DNA of 64,000 nt from the human T2T-CHM13v2.0 reference genome, Homo sapiens: contig CP086569.2 in NCBI GenBank assembly GCA_009914755.4, positions 24,800,001-24,864,000 of the forward strand, read 5' to 3'. This document shows positions 50,925-64,000 of this stretch, in pieces; the stretch's first letter is position 1; the number at the start of each line of letters is the position of its first letter. Both the position numbers and the translations under genes were made by a program. The notes under the pieces were generated by a model that was not told where the DNA came from, searched no databases, and saw only the letters and a program-made list of their open reading frames with translations.

Positions 50925-53900
50925 TTCTGTAACCCTAAACTTAATCATAACGTTAACCTTAACTCAGCCTCTACCCCGATCCTAAGCAGGAATCCCTAAC
51001 ACTAACAGCAACTCTAAGCCACAGACTTGACCCCAACATCAACCCTATGCCTAGCCACTCACCAAAACCTAAACCCTAAAACAAATCCCAACTCTAAATC
51101 CTAAATCTAACAGCTAAACCTGAATTTGACCCTGACCCTGAAAATAACCCTAATCCAAGTGTAATGCAAACATTACAGAAACCTGAACTTAAGCTCTAAG
51201 CCTAAAACCTTAACCCTGAAACACTAACCGTAAGACAAAAACACTAACAGTAAGCAAAAAAACCATCTCTAACCCTCAAAAGCTAATGTTAAGCCTAACA
51301 CTAACAACAACCCCTAAATCTAACCCTAAATTCTAACTTCTAAACCTGCTTTTTGAGCATGATCATAACATTCACAATAAGTCTAATACTAACCCCTGAC
51401 CCGAATGCTAAAACTCTTATTACTACCTTAACCCTACACCTACATGACAGTGAAACCTAGCTGTTACATAAAACCTAAACCCTAATCCTAACATTAATCT
51501 TTAGGTCAACCCTAACCCTATACCTAATCCTAACCCCTGACCCTAAGCCTGACTACTAACATTAACTCTAACCCTAATGTGTTACTGCAATCTGTATCCT
51601 AATGCTCATCCTAACACTAATTCTAACCAATAATTGTAACCTCAACTGTAATCATATTAATAAACATAACCTGAACCCCTTAATCTAAATTTAAACACTC
51701 ACCATAACTATAACCCTAAAGCTTAATCTACTCTTACCCTAACCCTAAAAATAACATTAAACAATAATTCTAATCTGAATCCTAATTCTAACACGGTGTC
51801 CTATCTGTAACACCAACAGACCCACAACCACTAAACTCCAACCCTAATACTAACCCCTAACACTAATTCTATATCCTAAAGCTAACTCTAACCCTGAATT
51901 TTAACCTGTAACGCTGTAACCTAAACGCTGTATGCTAAACACTAAACGCATACCCTGTAACACTAAACATAAAAGTTACTCTATCTGATAACCTAAATGT
52001 AATTCTTCCCCTAAATACTAACCCTAACACTTAGTCCAAAATCTAACCTTGAAAACATAACCCAAAGCAAACCCCTTATTTTTAAATGTAATCCTAATGT
52101 TAACAATAAAACACTGAAAAACTACACCTAACCACAAACTCAACACATAACCCTAACAATAACACTAATCCTAACTGTAAAAGCATGAAACCTGAACTTT
52201 AACATTAAAACCAACCTAACTCTAAACCCATTAATAAAAATAAGCCTAAATCATTACTCTAAACCTAAAGCCTAAAACCTAACTATAATCTTAATCCTAA
52301 ACCATAAACTCTAACTGTAACCTGTAACTGTATCCATAAACCAAAACCCTAACCCTAAATGCTAAACTAAACCTTAGTCCCTAACTGTAACCCTAACTAA
52401 AATGCTAATACCCAACACTAATCCTAAACCCTAACACTAACTGAAAACTCTATTCCTAATCCCTACCCCAAATCCTAACCGGAACTTCAACACTAACACC
52501 AACCCCAAATGTACGCCCTAACAGTAAGCCTAACACTAAGCCTAACCTTACCACAAATCCTAACCCTTTTACCCTCAACTTAACCCTACCCCTACATGAA
52601 CACCAACCCCAAACATAAACATAAACCCTACTTTACACTAAACAGAGAATCCTAAGCCCAAATCCTAAACCTAATTATAACACTAACCCTAAACAATGCC
52701 CTAACCTTTAGCAAAACCCTAAACCCTAACTCTAACACTAACACCTCATCAAAAGCCCTACTCTAAGCCTAACACTAACCCTCAGCCTAATCTTTAGCCA
52801 AACGCTTTGACCATCATCCTAACCCTAACTCAACCACAACCAGGCACCCAATGTTAAACCACAAACTAACACTAAACCCTAATCCTAAATTTTAACAATA
52901 AACCAAACATTTTAATTATAACTCTAACACTAAGCATAACACTTGCCCTAATTTTAACCCTCATCCTGAATCCTAAACCTAACCCTCACCCAAACTCTAA
53001 TCGGAACCCTTACACTACCACATAAAGCTAACCCTAATTCTAACTATAAATCCCCAAATCCCAAAAACACTGAAGGTAGCTTTAACTGCATCCCATAACT
53101 CTAAAACTCACACTAACACTAACCCTAATACCTTTATCCTAAGAGTAAAACTAACATAATTCTAACATAATCTTAACCTTAGCACCAAACCTAAAAATAA
53201 CTCTTATCCTAAACACTGAACCTAATCATAACCTGAACCCTAAATGAGAAAACCTAACCCTTAACACTAACCCTAGTCCTAAAGCAAAATCTGTAACCCT
53301 AATTAAAACTAAACCCTTAACCTAAACCTAATCTTAGCCCCTAACTCTACAAAAACCTTAATACTAACACTAACAATAAATGCTAACCCCTAACCTTAAC
53401 ACTAAACAAAACCCTAACACTAAACCCTAACCCTAACCCTAAACTCTAAACTGAACCCTAACTGTTACCCTAATTGTGACCACTAACCTCAACCTCAACA
53501 CAAACTCAGCCTTAACAGTCATGCTAAACTTAAATCAAAAACCCCAACCATATGCCCAACACTATCACTAACATCTAACCATAAATGTTGATCACTATCA
53601 TTAACAATATCCCTAAACCCTAACCCAGAACCCTGAACTCTAACCCTACATGTAACCCTAAGCCCTATCCTAATGCTAAACACTAACCCAAATACTGAAA
53701 TACTCTAACACTTACCCTCACACTAAACCTCAATACTAACACTAACCCCGGCCAGGACCCTGATTCCTAACCTCTAACTGGAAGCCTGTCTTTTTACCCT
53801 AAACCTAAGCATAACCCAACCCCAAACCTAACCTCTAACCCTGATTCTGACCCCTAGCCCTAAACTCAACCCTAACCCATAAACCTAATCTTAACCCTAA

Positions 53901-54015
53901 CTGGAACCCTAATCCTACCACAACACTAAATCTTATTTCAAGCCCAGCCCTAACCCTCAATCTAATCCTGAACTTTTTCTGCAATTGTAAACCCTATCCC
54001 AATCCTCCGTTTCTA
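50925..54015. repeat. Highly degenerate telomere-like hexamer array of about 3.1 kb, (CTAACC)n = (CCCTAA)n on this strand.
   Basis: A 6-bp periodicity is visible for about 500 units, with typical units ctaacc, ctaaac, ctaatc, ctaagc and cctaac. Clean stretches include 'cctaaccctaaccctaaactctaaactgaaccctaactg' (about 53425) and 'cctaaaccctaacactaaaccctaaccctaaccctaaac'. The plus strand is strongly C+A rich, and this explains the ORF desert at 50813-54410. Confidence 0.85.
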
Positions 54016-54691
54016 TTCTATCCTTAAGGTTACACCATTATGCTTAAAAAACTTTAAATACATCCTGTATGACTCTAACCTCTAGCCCCTTATACCCATA
54101 AGAGTACAAGAAGTCATATCTCTTTTTAAGCCCAAATTAGTGTTGAATTAAACAAATGGTATCACTGGGACAAAAAACTAAATGTTACTATATCTGCTAA
54201 CTATAGACATTATAATCTTTAACCAAATAAGTGAAGACATTATAAACCACGATGTTTAAGATCTTTTCTCAGAAAATCAAGTTTTGTTTTTTTTTTACCA
54301 TTCTAACGTCATCCCTTTTCAACATATTATGTAAATCAAATGTTGAAATACACCACGTTTGTCTCAACTTTTATAAAAAGTACTTAAAGACAGTCAACAC
54401 ATTTAATAATTAAAAATCCAATAAACTGTATTTCAATTTTTTCCCATGATAAAACATCTTTATGCAAAACCGATAATAATCATCATCTAAATTGTTGGGA
54501 ATGAAAGCTTTAAGATGAGGAACACAGCATTGATGCTCAACTGTATTAAACCCTGTACTAGAAGTTCCAGAAGAACAATTACATATATATATGCAAACAC
54601 ACACAAAGCTATTCATATGTGGAAGAGAAAAGTAAAACTATTCACAGATCTCATACACAGAAAACCATAAGGAACCATCTAGAAATTATGA

Positions 54692-55080
<389 letters not shown>

Positions 55081-56213
55081 ACAAAATCTATTTCTATTCA
55101 CTAGTAATAAACCCTATAAAAATGAAATTAAGATGACAACTTTATTTCTAAAAAAAAAAGAAGAAGCAGCTGGAATATTTCCCACTGCCCTGAAAGACAC
55201 AGATATCAGGCAGCCGAGGTCTGGGACAGCCTTTGAGTTGAGGCTGTGCTACTATATTGGGACCTGGCTGGAATCACTGTGGGGCTAACCAGAAACTGTT
55301 CAAGTTCCTGAGAAATCAACGTCGAATTCCTTTAAAATATAATGGATGAAGAAAAGAAAATCTCTAGCGGTTTTGAAAACCCTAATGCCATGATGTCAAA
55401 TAATGTCTTTTGAGTCATAAATTTTTAGAAAAAATCCTGCACAAACATCAGCAATAATGAAACAGTAGTTGAGTGGCCCAGGCCATTTTGCTGAGAAGAA
55501 AACCATTGAGGTCAATTTGAGAGACATCCCTTCATGAGCACTGTCAAGAGCATGCACATATTTTACCTACACATTTTACTATACCTACAGCTCCACAGGG
55601 ATTTTTAAATTCTGATTTCACATAAAACTGCACTAGAATTTCTGACGGCTGTAAACTTTCTAGATTGTATGTAAATACAATTGATTGTGTATCAATACAA
55701 TAGATTGATATAATAAAATAAATTATAATCACCTGGTAACTCTTTTCAGTGTTTAAGACTTGTAGTTGAGTTTGTATTTTTTCACAGACAGTACATTCCC
55801 TGTATGCAATGTAACTATAAAATTAATTGCTATGAAGGTTGTCTTCAGTTTTTCATAACAGAGTTGAAATTTGTTTGCAATGTCAACAAATTAAGGACAT
55901 TTTCATAACTGAGAAATAAACAAATATGGCAATTCATAGGTGGTTTTGCTTTATCCTATGGATATGACTTTTAAAATGAACAATGATGATCTAGAAAATG
56001 CTGGAAACTAGAACTAATAAACATGTTTTTCAGTTAAACAATTGGGCTAAGTGTTTTTATGTGTTTAGTTATTTGTTAATAAAATTCTTCAGTTTGTAGC
56101 TGCCCATAGCATTGCTGGAGTTATTCAAATAATTGCATTATAGGTATGCTCATAACTTAGCCAAAACATTGATTTATTTTTACTGACCCTGACACAATAA
56201 ATGTTGTATTGAT

Positions 56214-56475
56214 GCCTGTAATCTCAGCACTTTGAGAAGTCAAGGCAGGCACATCTCTTGAGCCCAGAGGTTTCAGAAGAGCCCAGGCAACATGGCAAAC
56301 CATTGTCTCCAAGAAAATAAAAAAGAAAGAAAAAGAAAAATAATTAGCCAGGTATTGCAGTGGAAGCTAAGGCAGACAGATTCAAAGGAGCCCGGGAGTG
56401 AGAAGCTGCAGGCTGCAATGAGCCATGATGGCTCATTGTAGTCCACACTTGACAAAAAGTGAGACCCTGTCTGAA
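56214..56475 (+). mobile_element. Alu SINE, slightly 5'-truncated, whose tail has expanded into the adjacent tetranucleotide STR.
   Basis: The element runs 'gcctgtaatctcagcactttgagaagtcaaggcaggcacatctcttgagcccagaggtttcag...aattagccaggtattgcagtgg...gctgcaggctgcaatgagccatgatggctcattgtagtccacacttgacaaaaagtgagaccctgtctgaaag'. Confidence 0.85.
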
Positions 56476-56480
56476 AGACA

Positions 56481-56568
<88 letters not shown>

Positions 56569-56700
56569 AGGAAAGGAAGGAAGGAAGGAAGGAAGGAAGG
56601 AAGGAAGGAAGGAAGGAAGGAAGGAAGGAAGGAAGGGAGAGAGAGAGAAAGAAAGAGAGAAAGAAAGAAAGAAAAAAGAAAGGAAGAAAAAGAGAGATAT
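56476..56700. repeat. Compound tetranucleotide microsatellite (AAAG)~22 (AAGG)~15 followed by imperfect (GA)n/(AAAG)n.
   Basis: 'acaaagaaagaaag...(aaag)n...gaaggaaaggaagg(aagg)n gagagagagagaaagaaagagagaaagaaagaaag'. This explains the K/E/R-rich ORFs at 56425-56799 and the S/F/L-rich ORF at 56344-56760(-). Confidence 0.97.
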
Positions 56701-57021
56701 GAGTTGAAATTCCTTAAGTCCTTTGATAAACTTCAGTATTGTTTTAATGTGTCTTGTCATCTCATTTTTTTATTACTACAATTCAAGGAGTTTATTTAAA
56801 GACAATTTGGGAAGGTTAACAGCTACAAATTTTTAAGAAGTAATTGAACTTTACCCAGGTGGTTGATAAGTCAACTATACAACTTAGAGTTCTTGTGCAT
56901 TATGTCTTCTGGCCAATTCAAAGTACTATATTTTCATTGATTATAAAGCAAATTATCCTTTTCAACTTTCAAAACAGAAACCAAAAACAAACAAACAAAC
57001 AACAACAACAACAACAAAACA

Positions 57022-57190
57022 GGCTGAATGTTGTGGCTTACACCTGTAATTCCAGTACTTTGGGAGGCCAAGCAGGGAGGATTGCTCAAGCCCAAGTGTT
57101 TGAAGCTGCAGTGAGCTATGATTGCACAAGTACGTTCCCACATGGGCCAAAGAATAAGGCCCTGTCTCAAAGAGCAACAACAAAAAGCCA
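57022..57190 (+). mobile_element. Alu-like partial element (left-monomer start joined to right-arm end, an internally deleted Alu or FLAM-like element), preceded by (CAAA)n(CAA)n.
   Basis: The element runs 'ggctgaatgttgtggcttacacctgtaattccagtactttgggaggccaagcagggaggattgctcaagcccaagtgtttgaagctgcagtgagctatgattgcacaagtacg...ggccctgtctcaaagagcaacaacaaaaag'. Confidence 0.6.
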
Positions 57191-57239
57191 ACGATCATAA
57201 AGTTTTCAAGACGAACTTTTATCAAGGTGCAAGAATTAG

Positions 57240-58160
57240 ACATGAAAAATTACAAAATACTGCTGAAATAAATTCCAGAAACCCTTCATAAACGTAAAGA
57301 TACTCAGTGCTTTTGGATTAGAAGATGATTCTTATGTGACAATACTGCACAAAGCAAACTACAAATTCATTGTGATTTCTATGAAAATACCAAAGTCCTT
57401 TTGGCAGAAATGGGCAAGCCAATTCTAACATTCATATACATTTCAGGGGATGCTGAATAGCCAAAATATTCTTGAAAACAAAAACAAATATTGCTGCTAA
57501 GCAGCAGTCATCAAAACAGCATAATACTGGTGTAAGGACACACACAGAGGTCAATGGAACTGAAGGTTAATTCCAACTGTACCTCTATAGTCAATTGATT
57601 TTTGACAGGTAACCAAGATCAGTAAATTCAACAAATGCTGTTATGCAACTGAATACCGCATTCAGACAAAGAAATTGTACTTTTCTCACAACAGAACATA
57701 AAATTAACAGAAAATGTTTCAAAGCCTACATATTAGAGGTAAAAAAAGAAACTTTAGAAGAATATATGGGGATAGATCTTCATAATGTTGGATTTAGCAG
57801 TGGTTTCTTAGATCTGATACCAAAAGCACAGTCAACTAAAGAAAGAATTTTCTCAAAATTAAACATTTTTGTGCATCAAAAGACACTGTCAAGAAAGTGA
57901 AAAGACATGGTACAGAAAGGAAGGCTTGCATTTTATGTATGTAACAACAGTCTGCTATCGACAATGTATGAAGACTTTGCATACCTCAGTAACAAAATAA
58001 AAGACAAACAATCCAGGTACAAAACAGAGAAGTAGTTGAATACACACTTCACCAAAAAGACATGCATATGGAATACAAGCACATAAAAAGATGACCAGTA
58101 AAATATATAAGTTTTACTCCATCAGGTGTTTCCTAAATAAGCTTTTCTCATAGTCATGTG
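57240..58160 (+). mobile_element. Old L1 (L1M/L1P-like) ORF2 C-terminal fragment.
   Basis: 'gatcttcataatgttggatttagcagtggtttcttagatctgataccaaaagcacagtcaactaaagaaagaatt' ~ L1 'gacattggtcttggcaatgatttcttggatatgacaccaaaagcacaagcaacaaaagcaaaaata'. ORF 57643-57900 'MQLNTAFRQRNCTFLTTEHKINRKCFKAYILEVKKETLEEYMGIDLHNVGFSSGFLDLIPKAQSTKERIFSKLNIFVHQK' is L1 ORF2-like. Confidence 0.6.
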
Positions 58161-59589
58161 ATTCCGTGTGGGAAAATTAGTCCTATCCAGCTCGACTTAA
58201 GGAGCAGCTAAGTTAACAATACTGCTGGGGAGCAAGTTTGCTTGGATGAGAAAATAAATACCTGGCAAGAAATAATATTCTGAAATGAAAACTTTCTTGC
58301 TGGACTAAAGTTTCCAGTAGAGCTGATAGTTTGTCCCTCAGCCTCCATGGGCCCAAAATTTATCATCCAGCAGGAAGTAATAAGGGAAGTCATTAAGTTA
58401 ATGAGGTACATGGGTACACAAATGCCCCAAGTCTCATATCAAAGCTGTGACATAATTACATACCCTCACAGCATTTCAATATTCAAATATTAACAATTCA
58501 TCTGCTTAAATATCTAAGCTTACTTTATTTACTTTACACTATACAGTTAAGGAGGTTTACAAATATTTATATGAATTGTCATGTCGTGTTCTAGGGCTTT
58601 TTTGTCACTTAAATGTATTGATGGACTACGTTACATGTAAGTACTTAAACCTAACATAACTTGGAAATAATAACACACGGTTACGGAAGATAGCAAGGTA
58701 ACAGTCTGCCCGATAAATTCTTATGTAATTTCAATAATTAATAGTGTCATTAGTCTTCAGCACTGAGATGTTTTATTTACTAATTTCCCCAAACATGAAC
58801 TTTCATTGCATTAACTATTATTTCCTTGATTTATAAATTGAGAGTGATCTCATCAATTATCTAACAAATAATGAATTTCTTTTTATCTTTAGAAACAGCA
58901 CATCATTATCTTTTCTACAGTTAAATAGCACAAGCTCTGACTTTATTAGCTGGACAAAGCCTTGGGAAATTAGATAAGTGTGGGCACTAGGTGAATAGAT
59001 TGAGAGATAGCACATAAAATTCCTGAGACACTCCAGACACTGTGTTACCACAATTAAAATCAGATGAGACTGCAGGTAGTTGAGCAGACTGAGTGGGCAC
59101 AGGAAACAGGCAGGAGAACTTGGGGTCTGCAGCTATGGTGAGTTCTATGGTTCTTGTTCTAAGGTCAGTGGGAAACCATTGGCAAAATTAAATCAGGAGA
59201 GTGACAGGATGAAACTTGTGTTTGTAAGTGAATATTTTGCCATTACCCTTACCAGTACCAACCCTGTATTTCCCGATGTTGTAGTTATGTGGTGGTACCC
59301 TTGGAGAATGTCTCCACTTTTTGTAAAACCCACTGGGATATTTTGCATAAAGCTTCAAATCTGGCACAGCAGAAACCACTGGAGATTCTGGGAGAGAGGA
59401 TTACTCTATACTAATAGCTATTGGAAGTTTCCTAGAAGTATGAAATTATTGAGAAATAAACTACTTTTTAATAAAAACAACCATGTCAATACCTTGTCAC
59501 TAAAGCAGAGACAACAACATCAAACATCATTATAGAGGCCAAATCCAACCCAAATCCAGCTCAGTGGAAGCTCTGAAAAAAAGTGCCCT

Positions 59590-60180
59590 GGTAAGAGTAG
59601 GAATGTTATGACAGCATTGCAGGTGTTACATCTTTATGTTGAGAGTTACATCAGTAATTATGGGTGTTACATCATATTATGGTTGTTTCATTTGTATTAC
59701 AAATGTTGTGTTAGTATTATGGGTGTTAGTATTACCGGTGTTACATCAGTATTACAGTTGTTACATCAGTATTACGGTTGCTATATTTGTATTGCAGGAT
59801 GATATAATGGTATTATGAGTGGTATAATGGTATTATGAGTGTTACAGTTGTATTACAGGTGTCAGGACAGCATTATTACACAAGTGTTATGGATGTTTCA
59901 TTTGTATTGTGGGTTGTATATTGGTATTATGAGCTTGGCACTTGTATTATGGGTCTTAGATAAGTATTCCGGTTGTTATATTTGTGTTTCAGATGGTATA
60001 CTGGTATTATGAGTGTTTTATTGCTGTTAATGAGTGTTACAGTGGTAATACGGGTGTTAGATGAGTATTTCAGGTGTTACATTAGTATTACGAATGACAC
60101 ATCTGTATTATGGTTGATATATTTGTTTACAGATGTTATATTTCTATTACAGATGTTATATGATGAATGATACATTTGTG
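59590..60180. repeat. Minisatellite (VNTR-like) of about 30 degenerate copies of a unit of about 20 bp, consensus roughly GGTGTTACATCAGTATTACR.
   Basis: The read runs 'gtgttacatctttatgttgagagttacatcagtaattatgggtgttacatcatattatggttgtttcatttgtattacaaatgttgtgttagtattatgggtgttagtattaccggtgttacatcagtattacagttgttacatcagtattacggttgc...'. The periodic 'gtattatgagtg', 'gtattacaggtg' and 'gtattacgaatg' are visible. ORFs at 59608-60170 are artefacts (YYGCY/ITGVT periodic peptides). Confidence 0.85.
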
Positions 60181-60224
60181 GCACGAGGCCACGGTGTGGA
60201 CCTGGCATTGTGGCCACCACAAAT

Positions 60225-60600
60225 TGTGTGTGGGGAAGGACGTTGGGGTGCACTTAAAGCCATGGGATATTTTTATGTTTAATTTTCCACAAGAAGCCCT
60301 TCTCCTGGGTCCCTGATCCTCAGCAGTCAGAGGGAAATTTTTATTTACCACTCCCTCCAGCTGTCCCACAGCAAGGCGTTGTTGCTCTGGTCTGTGCTGA
60401 GAAGAACGCTGCTCTCCCCCTCAAGCAGCATGCGCTGAAAACACCTGCACTCCCAGGGTCAGAAAAGGCAGACTCTTGCGTCCCCTGCTAGCAGCCGGAA
60501 GAACTGCAGGACACTCATGGTCAAGGTGAAGCAGCCGCGTGCGTGCGACGCCCCACCTGGCTGGCCTGCGGCACCAAATAAAAGCAGAGGTCAGACTGTT
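60225..60600 (+). mobile_element. Possible solo LTR remnant (tentative).
   Basis: It begins 'tgtgtgtggggaaggacgttggggtgcac', which resembles ERV LTR 5' ends (TGTGGGGAA...). It contains 'caaataaaagcagaggtc' (AATAAA) near its end and is GC-rich relative to its surroundings. It directly abuts the poly-T end of the L1 at 60640. The evidence is weak. Confidence 0.2.
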
Positions 60601-60639
60601 CAAAGCCGTCATTTTAGAAATTCAAATGGAAATGTTGCC

Positions 60640-64000
<3,361 letters not shown>

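Noticed and set aside
56344-56799. ORFs with KERK/ERKK repeats ('MMAHCSPHLTKSETLSERQRKKERKKERKK…') and an FLSF-repeat ORF on the minus strand.
   Set aside because: They are translations of the (AAAG)n(AAGG)n STR adjacent to an Alu.
59608-60170. ORFs with periodic 'YYGCYI / ITGVTS' peptides.
   Set aside because: They are translations of the minisatellite with a unit of about 20 bp.

Overview
This window is primate genomic DNA, almost certainly the human Y chromosome, and not a prokaryotic locus. It carries Alu SINEs, LINE-1 elements, ERV-K-like provirus remnants and many microsatellites. I found no operon-like or defence-system structure, so any 'undescribed system' here has to be read in eukaryotic terms.

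The only long intact ORF is at 14872-16494 on the + strand. It encodes a 540-aa chromodomain plus enoyl-CoA-hydratase-like protein that I recognise as the testis-specific Y-linked retrogene CDY (CDY1/CDY2 family). The protein runs from [50 protein letters not shown] to [10 protein letters not shown]. The CDS is intronless, as expected for a retrogene derived from CDYL mRNA.

Immediately upstream, at 10786-12690, lies a diverged, 3'-truncated tandem copy of CDY. Its ATG is lost and an Alu interrupts the chromodomain. Each CDY copy is preceded by a paralogous old-L1 ORF1-like segment, so the duplicated unit is about 2.8 kb of L1 fragment plus CDY.

The 25 kb downstream of CDY (about 12.7-41 kb) is a mosaic of diverged, shuffled low-copy modules. 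A module rich in CCAAGG/CCAGG occurs at least seven times. An 'S' module of about 0.9 kb occurs at least four times. A 'T' module of about 1.3 kb occurs twice. The mosaic includes an inverted repeat of about 870 bp with arms at 37150-38010 and 38711-39580. Its spacer carries a (CTT)n tract of about 62 units.

Two ERV coding remnants are present. One is a gag-NC zinc knuckle plus protease at about 32.95-33.56 kb. The other is an ERV-K-like pol (RT, RNase H, IN), env and LTR block at about 41.77-46.5 kb.

Other notable structures:
- a decayed telomere-like (CCCTAA)n array of about 3.1 kb at 50925-54015
- a long (TG/TA)n tract at 40973-41700
- an Alu-tailed compound (AAAG)22(AAGG)15 STR at 56476-56700
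- a minisatellite with a unit of about 20 bp at 59590-60180
- L1 elements on the - strand at both window ends (1-3895 and 60640-64000)

Most short ORFs in the six-frame track lie inside repeats and are translation artefacts.
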